From: Chrysomallon squamiferum
Taxonomy: Eukaryota; Animalia; Mollusca
NCBI GenBank assembly: GCA_012295275.1
Contig: CM022676.1
Span: 6,510,001 to 6,574,000, forward strand
Direction of reading: 5' to 3'
Length of the DNA: 64,000 nucleotides
In this document: positions 14,037 through 26,852 of the stretch, in pieces
Numbering within the stretch: position 1 is the stretch's first letter
How the letters are laid out: every line of letters begins with the position of its first letter
The notes under the pieces: model-generated
Databases searched by the model: none
Told to the model about the DNA's origin: nothing
The model's input: only the letters and a program-made list of their open reading frames with translations
Made by a program: the position numbers and the translations under genes

Positions 14037-15225
14037 GCAAGAGCAAGAACAAAAAAAATAAGAAAAGGAAAACGTATGCATATTTTTCACAGAAATAAAT
14101 AATTACATATAAATCGGTGACAAAAGTTGAAAATAATAAAAAGAACAAACAAAGAAACAAACAAATGAATAAATAAGTAAAGAAATAAAGAAATAAATCA
14201 AATTAAACGAATTAAATTAAAATAAATATTGCTTACTGTGGGTGAGAAATAAAAAATAATAAAACTAAATATGTGTTAACAAAAAAAGCCAAATTATAAA
14301 AAAAAAAAAAAAAAGAAAAGAAAATTTAATTTTTTTAGTAGTTAAAAAACAAAAAAAGAAAAAAAAATTAAAGCAAATAAAGCTTTAAATGGAGGTAAAA
14401 GATAAAACCTTAAAAAAACAAAAACAAAACAAAAAAAAAACGAATAACAACAACAAACCCTTAAATACAATAAGATAAAATGAAAAATAAATTTGTATCT
14501 AACAAAATAATAAGCAGACTATAATGAACCAAACAACGAAACCAAACAAACATATTAAAAAAAAAAAACAGTCAAATTAGATCAAATAAATTAAAGTATA
14601 ATAAAAGTTACTTACTGTAGATTACGAAACAGTAATATAAAAAGTAAAAAATAAACAAATAAACAAATAAATAAAATTAAACAAAATTACCGTCTCCGTA
14701 GATATGTCAAAATACAAAAATGGCGTATTCTGGACTTAGTGCTAGGGGAGAAAAATAAGCGTCACGTTAAACACAAGTTGCACACATTTTTAAAAATGAC
14801 TCCGTAGCACACCGAACAAAACTGTGAATTAAACCTGCTTTAAAGTAGATTATATGGAGACTGAACCTTTTGTGTATATGTATTTGTATGTGTGTTTGAA
14901 TGTGTGTGTGTGTGTGAACAAATATATATATATATATGAATATGTATGTGTATTATGTATGTATGGACGAATGTGTGCGTGTATGTTTGTATGTGTGTAT
15001 AATAATAATAATATAAAAAACAATTATAACAATAACAATAATAATTACATGAACAACAATAACAATAATAGCAGCAGTAGTAGTAGCAGTAGTAGTAGTA
15101 GTAGTAGCAGTAGTTATGGTAGTAGAAGTAATAATAACAACAACAACAATATTATTTACCAAATAAAAATTAAAAACAGCAACAATAATAATAATAACAA
15201 CAACTACCACTACTACTACAACAGC

Positions 15226-15290
<65 letters not shown>

Positions 15291-15653
15291 CGACGACGAC
15301 GACGATGATGATGAACATAAATAATAATAATAATAATAATAAATCAATAATCTGTGACACTGCTCTTTTTTAAACGTCAGTTCTTGCTAACATCTAATTA
15401 TCTATATTTTCTTCTTTCTTTCTTTCTTTCTTTTTTTTTTTTTTTTCACCACCCACCCAATGGAAGGGTCAACTAATGGGCGTATTTCAATTTAGATTAT
15501 GATGGGGACAATAATATCATTATATCATCATCATCATCATCATCATCATCATTATTATTATTATTATTATTGTAATTATTATTATATTAATAATGAAAGT
15601 ATTATTATAGTACTACTAGTACTATAATAAAAATGAAAATAATGACAATGGTG

Positions 15654-15705
<52 letters not shown>

Positions 15706-16149
15706 AGAAGAAGAAGAAGAAGAACTTACACTCTATAATGGACGTAATGATGGACCAAAACAAAACAAAAATATATTAAAAATTAAGAAAAAGGAATAAT
15801 AATTAAAAAAAATGTCTCGCCTTATTTAACAAGCATTATTATGCCAGGATAGCTCAATTACATTTGAACTGGGGCGTGAGGAGATCGTTTATGAATAGGG
15901 ATATAGTGAAGTGAAGTGAAGTGAAAAAAAATTGACGTGCTAATCAGAGCTAGCTGTTGTGAAGCACGTCTACGACGGGCACTCTTTCTGACAGGTCAGT
16001 GGGCGTGTCCATCGCAGACAGACAGATCTATCTATCTATATATATATATATATATAAATTTATATATACATCGCATGATGGAACTGGAGGGTGGAGTTAG
16101 CAAAATCCCTAAAATTTTCTTAAAATTGTGAAATCAGTGTTTTACTAAG

Positions 16150-16480
16150 GAATTTCATGAAATCACTAATATCTCTCGGAATTTCATGACGTTTGTGGGA
16201 TCTCTAGAGAGTTCTTGAAATTTACTAATATCTCCAGGGATTTCATGAAGTTACTAGTAATCTCTCTGAATTTCGTGAAATTACTAATATCTCTCGGAAT
16301 TACTAATATTTCTAGAGATTTCATGAATTTACTAGTATCTCTAGGGATTTCATGAAGTTACTAGTAATCTCTCACAATTTCGTGAAATTACTAATATCTC
16401 TCGGTATTACTAATATTTCTAGAGATTTCATGAATTTACTAGTATCTCTAGGGATTTCATGAAATCAGTAATATCTCTGG
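16150..16480. repeat. Minisatellite, ~29-30-bp unit (GGATTTCATGAAATTACTAATATCTCTA-like) with a 107-bp higher-order period
   Basis: GGATTTCATGAA recurs at 16238, 16345 and 16452, with degenerate units between. Confidence 0.85.
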
Positions 16481-16615
16481 GAAAGCTAAATTTGATTCTT
16501 AAATCATGTCAAGCAGTTACGAAAACAACAAAAATGATCTTGTACAGCGAGGAAATAAACTATAAGTTTTTCTCTTTCTTTCTTTTTTCTCATATTTCAT
16601 TATTTATTCATTATT

Positions 16616-16654
<39 letters not shown>

Positions 16655-16737
16655 TTATTTATTTGTTTGTTTAATTAATCAATCAATCAGTAAGTTATTT
16701 ATTTATTTAATTTTAATTTTAGTTTTTTTTAGTATTG

Positions 16738-16773
<36 letters not shown>

Positions 16774-16992
16774 TTATTTTATTTATGTATATATGTTAAG
16801 TCAGTGACTACATGTAAGTGGTGTTTGTTTGCGAAAATATTTACCATATGATTCATTTCGTACTTGATACTATATCTCGAGCAGTGGAGCGAGATAACAT
16901 TAACACACACATACAATGTCAGAACAGCTCACAGTTATTTACACATTATCCTGTTTACATTACTTATGAAAAAGAAGAGAGCAACGTGAGAA

Positions 16993-17376
16993 ATTTCAAA
17001 TCTGAGAATAGGTGCTTTAGCTAGGGGAGGAGTTTCAAATCTGAGAATAGCTGCTTTAGCCAGGGGAGGAGTTTCAAATCTAAGAATAGGAGCTTTAGTC
17101 AGGGGAGGAGTTTCAAATCTAAGAATAGGAGCTTTAGCTAGGGGAGGAATTTGAAATCTGAGAATAGGAGCTTTAGCTAGTGGAGGAATTTGAAATCTGA
17201 GAATAGGAGCTTTAGCTAGTGGAGGAATTTGAAATCTAAGAATAGGATCTTTAGCCAGACGAGGAATTTCAAATTCCTAAAATTAGGAGCTTTAGCCAGG
17301 GGAGGAATTTGAAATCTAAGAATAGGAGCTTTATCCAGTGGATGAATTTCAAATCTAAGAATAGGAGCTTTAGCCA
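16993..17376. repeat. Minisatellite, 39-bp unit x ~10 (TTTCAAATCTGAGAATAGGAGCTTTAGCTAGGGGAGGAG)
   Basis: Directly visible head-to-tail copies with no unique spacers. Confidence 0.92.
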
Positions 17377-18560
17377 AACTGTCTTGATGGCCGAGTTCTA
17401 GCGTTCTCCGCCTATGGAATGTGGGTGAATGGGTGAATTAATAATAGTATTAAGGTAATTTTAATAAAATCTATTTAGGACGTCTAAGTATAGTACATGA
17501 CGTCAGCAGCATTATTGTCAGCCTCACGACATCAATACGTTGAGTACGTCACAGCTGGCGTGCTGTGCTTGAGAATCTCAGTAGAATCAGTCGATAGGTT
17601 TATGGTTTCTTTTGTGGTTAAAAATTCGAACATTAACCTAACTAAAAGTGAACGAAAGTTTGTTTCTGAAGTCCAGAAACGGTACGGAACGATTGGAAGA
17701 ATACGCGATTATTTATCGATTAATTTGTTATCTCGATTCCCCTACGATTCATCGAACGAAAGAAGCAGAATTACGATTTTTTGTTGTTGTTTTTTTTTTT
17801 TTTTCAGTACGAAAAGAACGAGTTATTATTTCTCTAGATTTCAGTATTATTCAAAGAACTGGGTAACAGATGGTTGTTGCTTGCCCTTCATCTTTCAGTG
17901 TTGACTAGAAATAAATGAATAAATGTCGGATAATCTGCAATTAAATTTCAATATAGTTCAACTGTGTCAAAGGATATACATCTATTTAGTTATCGGTAAA
18001 TGCAAATGAAAGACAAACTATCGATTAAATGTCGTTTACCATTATAAATAAATTTCAACAAATGCAAATGAACGATGAATTATCGATTATTTATTGGTTT
18101 AGTATAAGATTAAATTTCAGTAAATAAAACTGAACAATGAACAGTAGATAATTTATTCTTGATTATATTTTAGTAAATGCCAGTGAACGTTGAATTATCG
18201 ATTATTTATTTAGTGGAAACTGAATGATTAAATTTCAACAAATGCAAATGAACGATGAATTATCGATTATTTATTGATTGTTATCTAATTAAAAATCACT
18301 AAAAGTAATTGAAGTAATTTGTTCATGGTTATATTTTAATAAATGCCAATGAACGGTGAATTAAGAATTATATTTTAGTAAATCTAAATATATAATGAAT
18401 TATCGATTATTTTTATCTGTTATTCTGATTAAATTTCAATATAGGTCCATGGACGAAGAAACGGACGAATATTTATCATTTATTAATTGAATACGTTTCA
18501 GTGAATGTAAATAAGTTATCTTTTTATTTATTAAATTTCAACGATGAATTATCGATTATT

Positions 18561-18880
18561 AATTATGACATCACAAGTTGTTTTTTCAATTATGACGTCA
18601 CAACTATGTTTCGTTTATGACAATCACAAATGATTTTGAATTAAGGCATCATAAATATTTTTCAACTATGGCATCACAAGTGTATTTCTAGTTACAAGAT
18701 CACGGATGTTTTTCAATTATGACGTCACAACTACGTTTCGTTTATGACAATCACAAATGATTTTGAATTAAGGCATCATAAATATTTTTCAACTATGACA
18801 TCACAAGTGTATTTTCAGTTACAAGATCACGGATGTTTTTCAATTATGACATCACAAATGTTTATCTAATATGACGTACT
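18561..18880. repeat. Minisatellite, ~25-bp unit (AATTATGAC[A/G]TCACAA...) with a 127-bp higher-order period
   Basis: CAATTATGAC recurs at 18587, 18714 and 18841. It is preceded by a degenerate ~60-bp AATGCAAATGAACGATGAATTATCGATTA repeat (~17990-18560). Confidence 0.85.
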
Positions 18881-19350
18881 TTTTACTTTTCTTTTCTTTT
18901 TTTTTTTTTTTTTTTTTTTTTCATTTTTATTATCCAGATGTTGGAATCCAATTTAATAGCTGCGTGCTGATATTAACTAAATATTATTTCTCACTTTGTC
19001 AATGTAAAGTTATCAGCTGAGAATTTTTTTTCAAGATAGCAATGTCAATGACACTAACCAGTGAGCAAAACAGTGAGATACCCACGTGAGAATGCTTTAA
19101 CTGAGAGATATAAGCGTTAACAGGAGTTGTCCGGTGTGATTTGACCTTTCGTTTTATGATACTATCGATTAAAATATTGAAATGAAGCTGCAGCAGACTT
19201 TATTTTAATTATTCCTGTTATTTATTAATATTGATAACTTTTGTTATAGTAGTTATCATTGTTGTTCTTGGTATTAATGTTTTTGTTATCGTCATTTTGA
19301 TTTTATTATTATTATTATTATTGTTGTTGTTGTTATTATTATTGTTGTTG

Positions 19351-19397
<47 letters not shown>

Positions 19398-21140
19398 AAT
19401 GTTCTGAGGACATATACATTTTTCAGATGATTAATTTATTTATTGATAAAATTAAAATGCTTTCTTTTATTTTTTTTTTTTCATTTCTTCCTCTTGTTTT
19501 GCTTTTTGGTCTAAAATATTAAATAGTCAAACTGAAATAATGTAAACACTTAATAATATTGAAAAGAACATCAACACACATTAACATCACGCGATAACGC
19601 GAAGAAGGAAGGCGTGGATTATGACTATAAGTCTTATTCTTATTCAGCAATGGCTTCTTAATACTCAAGTTGACTACCTATTGTACCAGCTTTGTAATAT
19701 AAAATATTTCCAACGAATCAGTTAATACAGTTTTAATGCGTATGTATGGTGATCAAAAGAAGACATATGGAAGCAGAGAAACGTGGAACGACTTCTAATA
19801 TTTTTAAAAAAAAAAAAAAAAGAACCCTTCAGAGGTAACAGTGCATTAAATTATTGCAGAGTTAGTGTCCAGTCGAATCCTTAGCACGATTTGCCTGTTT
19901 TTGGCTCTGGTCAAACTCTGAAGGCGTGTTTTCTTTACCTTATTTCTGAACGTCTTTCGACATCTGCTTCCATATTAAAAACAACAAAAGACGTGCTCGT
20001 GCGTTTCTGTACTACGATCGCAAACATGTTTCCATACAACATAAACAACTGTTTTCTAAAAAAAAAAAAAAAAAAAAAAGAGTCAATATGTCGATTTTTC
20101 TATTTGTTTTGAAATCATTTTATCGCCAGACATTTCGAGTGAATAATTCATCAGCAACAATGGCCTTAACATTTCGTCTCGTTTGAAGTACAGATGTTGT
20201 TGTTTTTTTAATTCGTTCTTTTTTTATTCATGCCTACGAACTTGGTTGTGTGCTTGTATAGAGACATACATACATAGGTACGTACAAACATGCATATTTA
20301 CCTAAATACGAACAAACATGCATACAGACATAAATTCATATAACCCTTTCTACCATCTTGATATATCTACTAAATTTAAAATGGTATGATGTTATGTTTA
20401 GTAAATACTTTTTTTAAATAGTTTTTTTAAAATGTAATACATTACAATGGCCAATTTTAAGTTAACTCGAATCCCTACTGATAAAATTAGAAAATGATTA
20501 ATTTTATTTTAAGTAATAAAAGAATTTCCTGTGCCAGTGCGTTCTTTGATTCATAAATACATACATGTATATACTTACATGTAAACATCCTAATGCATAC
20601 ATACATGCATACATAAATACACACATTCATATATATATATATATATATATACATACGGGGTACGGAAAAATTGGCACCGGGAAAAAAATGGCACCCGGAA
20701 AAAATGGCAGTGTGTAGATTTTGATTTAATGGCACCTTTCTTTCTTTCTTTTTTATATAGTTGATATCATTCTGTCAGTTCAAACATACATGATAAAAAA
20801 ATAAATTAAAAAATTAAAAAATTAAAAAATTAAAAATACTTTTGAAACTACTGTTTTTTCATGCAATATTGTTACATACATGTATATTAATATATAGCAT
20901 CACTCAGTCACTTGGTTTTGCTTAACAAAGTACAGTATTACAGTAGAGTTTAATATTACACATATACACACACACATACATATATATACTTACACACACG
21001 CACACATACATATATATATATATATGTATGTTTGTGTGTGTAATAATATATATATATATATACACGCACACATATGTATACACACATTCATACATACATA
21101 TATGTATACTTACACGCGTACATAGATGCACTAGTACGTC

Positions 21141-21271
21141 CATACAGACACGTTCATACAGATGTACCTAATGTAAATACGCATACCACAGTTAAAATAT
21201 CCTCCAGAATGATATCATTATGTCAGTTCAAACATAGCATAAGATATATGTATGTGTATGCATATATATAT

Positions 21272-21312
<41 letters not shown>

Positions 21313-21319
21313 TACACAT

Positions 21320-21358
<39 letters not shown>

Positions 21359-21400
21359 TATATATATCTTGTGTGTGTACATGTGTGTATGCATATACAT

Positions 21401-21433
<33 letters not shown>

Positions 21434-21573
21434 CGCATACACATACACAAGAATATATATATATATATATCTTATGCTATGTTTGAACTGACATAATGAT
21501 ATCATTCTGAAGGATATTTTAACTGTGGTATGCGTATTAACATTAGGTACATCTGTATAAACGTGTCTGTATG
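21141..21573. repeat. Long inverted repeat (fold-back) with ~108-bp arms around an AT/AC microsatellite spacer
   Basis: 21141-21248 is the reverse complement of 21466-21573 with only a few mismatches. The ORF track shows the same peptide ([29 protein letters not shown]) on both strands. Confidence 0.9.
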
Positions 21574-22798
21574 TATGAATGTACTTATTCATGCATAGAT
21601 ACATAGATACATACATAAATACATACGTGCATGCATACATACATAAATACATACAGGCATACATTCATAAATACATACAGACAGACATGCAAACATAAAC
21701 ACATACATACATACACACACACACAAATAAGGTTGTCTCAATAGTCTATTCGTATCGGGGGTGTGATCTGCAGTGAGGTTGAATGGGGTGTCATACGTCA
21801 GTGGCTTTTGACGAGGTTTGTAAGGTGAGATCATGATTGGACTTTGTCCTCCTGCGCCAGTGCGTTCCCGAGTATTGTCTGTGTGCAGAGTCTAATCAGA
21901 CGTTCTTAGATAACTGAACACCCGTTCACAAATATAAACACCACATACGTTCACATATAAACCAGACACACATACTTCTAAGCACATACACAAAAGCACA
22001 CACACACACTCACACATATATATATATACATAAACATTCATTTATACATATATTCATATATATATATATATATGTTTGATCGATATTACAAAGCTACGCA
22101 ATAATGAAATAATAACAGTTAATTTAATTTTGCTTTTGGATGAATACACCAGCCTGTATATCACACTATGCCCCTGAATACACCGAGTAGAAAAGAAAAT
22201 ATTTGTATTAACTCGCTTCGTGACACAAGATCTTATGTGGATCGATCTCTCTCGATCTCTCTCTCTAGATATATATATATATATACATACATATATATGT
22301 ATATACATTTATTTATTCTGCAGCAGTCACTGTATGCATGGTAAGGTAAGATGACTAGACAACTTTTTATATTTTCATTGAGCTTGGTGGGATGAACTGG
22401 TTTTGCGCGATGCATGACTTGCTATTTATATCCATATTGTTCAAAGTTATTCGCTCGTCTCAACATTCAAGCCTCACTGCATTTGCACCGTGGGACAAAG
22501 TAAAAAATCACGACCTGACAAATCCCGTCAGATGCCGCTGACGAGACTCGAATGTATGACACCCATTCCGACTTCTATACCGCCCAACTACGAGGACGAT
22601 CTTTTTTATATATATATATATATATAAAAGTATATAAAATAATAATGATAATAAAAAAGTATATGTGTATTGTGCAGTGAAGCAGGATGTTCCGTGAACC
22701 GTGACGTTTGTTTGTTATTAGTCGTGTTTGCGTACATTTATATTCGGGAGTAAACCTGAGGTGCCTGGTATGTATTTAGGAATTAATATTTTCGTGTC

Positions 22799-22838
<40 letters not shown>

Positions 22839-24518
22839 CTTTGTGTGTGTGTGTTTGTTTGTCTTAGTATGTATGTATGTATGTATATTTGTATGTGGGC
22901 ATATATATGTGTGTTTGTGTATGTATGTATGTGTGCGTGTCTGTCTTAGTTTATAGGTATGTATGTGTGTGTATATACATATACATATATGTATGTGTGT
23001 GTGTGTATATATGTCTATATATAAATGTATATGTATATATATATGTATGTATGTATATGTATACATATGCATATATGCTTCTGCGTGACTATATATGCAA
23101 GTAGTGTGCATGTATGTATACATATGCATATATACATCTAAGTATATAAAATGCATGTATGTGTGCATATATGTATATATGCATTATACATCTAAGTATA
23201 TATATGTATTTATGTGTGCATATATGTTTGTATACATATATGCATCTAAGTATCTATGTACGCATGTATTTTATCATGTATGTAAATATGTATATATGCA
23301 TCTAAGTATATATATATATATATATGTATGTATGTAATAATGTATGAGTCATATATGCATCTGACGATGTATTAACGCGTTTATATTACTGTAACAGGCT
23401 CAGTTTAATTCAAAAGCGTTCGTCACGTTACATGGAGAATAACAACACACACTGATTCAATCTACACTGAACAAAACCTGGCCGACTTTGAATACGTTAA
23501 TAAAGACAACTTTAGCCTTCTTATTCAGGCGTCGATTTCAGGTCATGGCAATACTGCTTTAAAAATACAGACCAATGAGAAAGTGCGTCGGATCACGTGA
23601 TGACCTATAAATGGAATAGGAGACTGTTTTTCCGTAATGAAGTCTTTTCTGTGCCGTCTTTGTAAAATTATGATGTAAATTAGAATAATGACTAAATTAT
23701 GTCAGAATGAATTATGATTATGCAAATAGGATTAATGATGACATAAATAAATTGCATGCACAAATCTTTTGTAAATAGTAATGGTGACCTCAGTAATATT
23801 ATGTAGATGATTATATAAGTAAATTATGAGCGTGAACATCGTCTCTACGGGAGATAAAATTTATTAAATAAAAATGGTGACTCCGGAAATTAATTATGTA
23901 GTTAAGAATCGTGACTACGGAAATTAATTTAGTAAATCCGGAAACACCAGAAAACTGGAAGTATTTTTCCCGACGCTATTTTCATAGTTAGCGCGCGCGC
24001 GCGCGCGTTGTTCTCACCAGACCGGAACTACTCTTTCAAGCCGCGTGGCGTTCATTCACTCGCCGCATTGTTAACGTGTCGAGTCGCCTCAGTTGTGTTT
24101 TTATCGTCGATTTTCTTTATGTTTTTAATTTTAAAATGTTCATGCCTAATTATTCATGTATTTAGACCCCTTGGTACCAGAAATCCGGAATGCCTCAGGC
24201 CCCAAGGAGCACCAGATAATTGGTCCGGTACCGGTATTTCTATGATCATTATATATAATGCCGAGGAGAGTGGAAAATTCTTGTTCTCCGATGGGGGAAT
24301 GGGATAGATGTTGCATGGTTGATGTGGGGCCGTTATTAGATTTTAGGGCCCCGGAACAAAGTAACCTACTGGACCTCTCCTCCCACCTCTCACAGGCGCT
24401 GTAAATACTTTGCTTAATTATTATTAATCTACACAATATTATTATCTCAAACGTAGCGATACAAAAAAAAAAATGGATACGAAAAGAAAAATTTCGCCTT
24501 AATAGTCCATTTCTTTGA

Positions 24519-24680
24519 CGTGGTAACCGGGTTTGTGTGTCTTAGCGACCCAATGATCTGTGCCAGCTGGAGTTTGTACTTGTGTTAGGAAGTGGTCAAT
24601 GGTAGAGACTAGACAGATGTAGACTAAGGGTGAGGTAACTCTAACAAACAAAAATATCGACTGCTGAAGTTAGAATTGCT
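24519..24680 (+). mobile_element. Possible decayed 5' end of an RTE-clade LINE or RTE-derived SINE
   Basis: GTGGTAACCGGGTTTGTGTGTCTTAGCGACCCAATGATCTGTGCCAGCTGGAGTT..AGACTAAGGGTGAGG resembles my recollection of RTE 5'UTRs. There is no ORF, and this is not verified by a search. Confidence 0.35.
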
Positions 24681-24992
24681 GGGTCGCACAGTGCATTACA
24701 ATAGACCATACATATTATGCATCAATAGATTATTAATACGTATCAAAAGAAATATAAACTTGAAATTAACGGGGTTTTTTTTCTGGTAAATATTTCAATA
24801 TCCAACAGATGCTTACGTGATAAATTATTACTACCTGTTGTTTATTTAATTAGATTGATTTTTTTTTTTTTGGCTTTACGTTAGCTTGTAAATATAAGAG
24901 GAAAATCGAATTTGTGAAACACATCGTGTAATTTTTATTTGGAGGTGAGTACATGAACTTGTTTTATATATATATGTATGTATGCATATATG

Positions 24993-25033
<41 letters not shown>

Positions 25034-25872
25034 CTGGACATTAATATGCATATATACATATATTATATATTTGTATGTACATATCTATCTGTGTGTGTAT
25101 ATTATATCAATATGTATTTTTGTATGTACGTATATACGTAAGTATGGAATAGATAGATAAATGTATGGGTGGGATGGCAAATGGACTGATGGATAATATT
25201 ATTTGAATTTCACGTCATTTCATTGTAACTTCTACCAATATTACTATTACTTCCACGATTTCTATTTGTGTACATGTATATTTGCGTGCCTGTATATAAA
25301 GAATATTTCCCCGTATGACGTACTACCAAAAAAAAATAAATAAATAAATAAATAAATAAAAAAATTTAAAAAATTCTTAAAGAGCAACAATGAAGACTAA
25401 TATTCTTTTTAACCGTATCGAAGGAAATGATATTTTTATTACTCTATATTCGATTTATCTTTTTACGAATTATCGCTTTGTTGTTGTAGAACAATGACCC
25501 CGAGTGAAAAAGAGGCTGGACTCAGTCCGAATATATACACATGGACTTTTCATTGTTTTATATAGGCGTACAACCAGTTCTTCCGAAAACATTTCTTTTC
25601 TTGTTCTCGTTATTGTTGTTGATGTTGAATATACGATAATTTCGATACACGATATTTTATTTGTCCGCATGACGATACTTAATCGATTAGAAAGAAGACA
25701 GAATAAAGCTTTAGCAATACTTCTTAATCGGTTTGATCTGAAACATAAAACAGCTGTTCGTTTCGCGTATCTATTTTTGTTATAAAGATGTGAAAGAGGA
25801 TAACCTAGATGACGAACAGCTTTGTACACATTGTCATAGTTATGTATTGATCGAATTTACAGAGACGGTAAA

Positions 25873-25921
<49 letters not shown>

Positions 25922-26434
25922 TCTAGTGATGACGTATTAGTGTTTGATTATATTCTTTGGCTTCCTCGATTGCCCATAAATCTTTACAATCCAAGTGGGC
26001 CGATCGTTTGAGGATTATTTTATCAACTTTGACGAAAGAAAAGATTACGTACATATCGACATTCCAGGCAGTTACCGTTTAGTAATTTGTGCGTTGTTAA
26101 AGAAAAACGGTGCGAGGAAAAAAAAAAAAATTCGGGATTCGGTTGTTTCTCGTTGTTTCTCGCAAAAAACAATGCCAGTTCCAGCGATGATTGCTTGGTG
26201 CTGAAATTCTGTGACGTCACTTCCTGTTACTTAAAACTTTGTTATCTTGATGATGATTGTTTTTTTTTTTTTTTTTTTTTGTTTTTTTTTTTTCGGTGCA
26301 GGCCAAAATAAGATGATTGCGAATAATAGTAATAAAAAGGAATGTGGTACATAGGTACGAAGCAATAGTCAAATAGGGTTCTTCATGATTGTTGCATTTT
26401 AAATTTGACGAAGTATGGAAATAGAATTTTTGAC

Positions 26435-26506
<72 letters not shown>

Positions 26507-26852
26507 TGTGTTTTTATAATTCTGTCATATCATATACTATTCTCAGAGATGAAGACTCTCATTCTCCGTTTTTCTTCTCGATTTTCTTAACTGCCTATCT
26601 GTTACATCTATTAATTTTTCATACATTCTATTTTTCTCTCTGTCTCATTTCTTTATTTTCTTTCCTCCTCAAGATCGTCTTATTCCTCCCTCTTTCTTTC
26701 TCTCTCTATATTTATATCAAAAGGATAGTGTTGTTTTTTTAATTCTCATTTTAAAATTCTTTTCCTAATTTTATTTCCAGAACTTTCCATAATTGTTGTC
26801 GAAAACCTCTAGCAGAAAAAAAAAAAAAAAAAGAAAAAAAAAAAAAAAGAAA

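Larger units (their letters stand above)
6737..14822. repeat. Tandem segmental duplication carrying the 7TM gene (~6737-9290 and ~12374-14822), plus a partial third unit (~9520-10080)
   Basis: Shared 3' flank starting CATGATCCAGTCA at 6737 and 12374, shared CDS, and a shared upstream block at 9141-9285 / 14682-14822. Confidence 0.9.

Noticed and set aside
16993-17376. 39-bp and 27-bp (41545-42290) arrays as CRISPR-like arrays
   Set aside because: The units are head-to-tail with no unique spacers, there are no cas genes, and the context is eukaryotic with spliced genes.
17380-17430. tRNA-like starts (GTCTTGATGGCCGAGT at ~17381, GCCAGGATAGCTCAA at ~15843, TAGCTCAATGG at ~37377)
   Set aside because: Only A-box-like fragments are present, with no B-box/T-arm or cloverleaf. 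At most they are decayed SINE heads.
26793-26852. Poly-Lys N-terminal extension of the 7TM paralog
   Set aside because: It starts at TTG and is a translated poly-A tract. The first ATG is at 26853.
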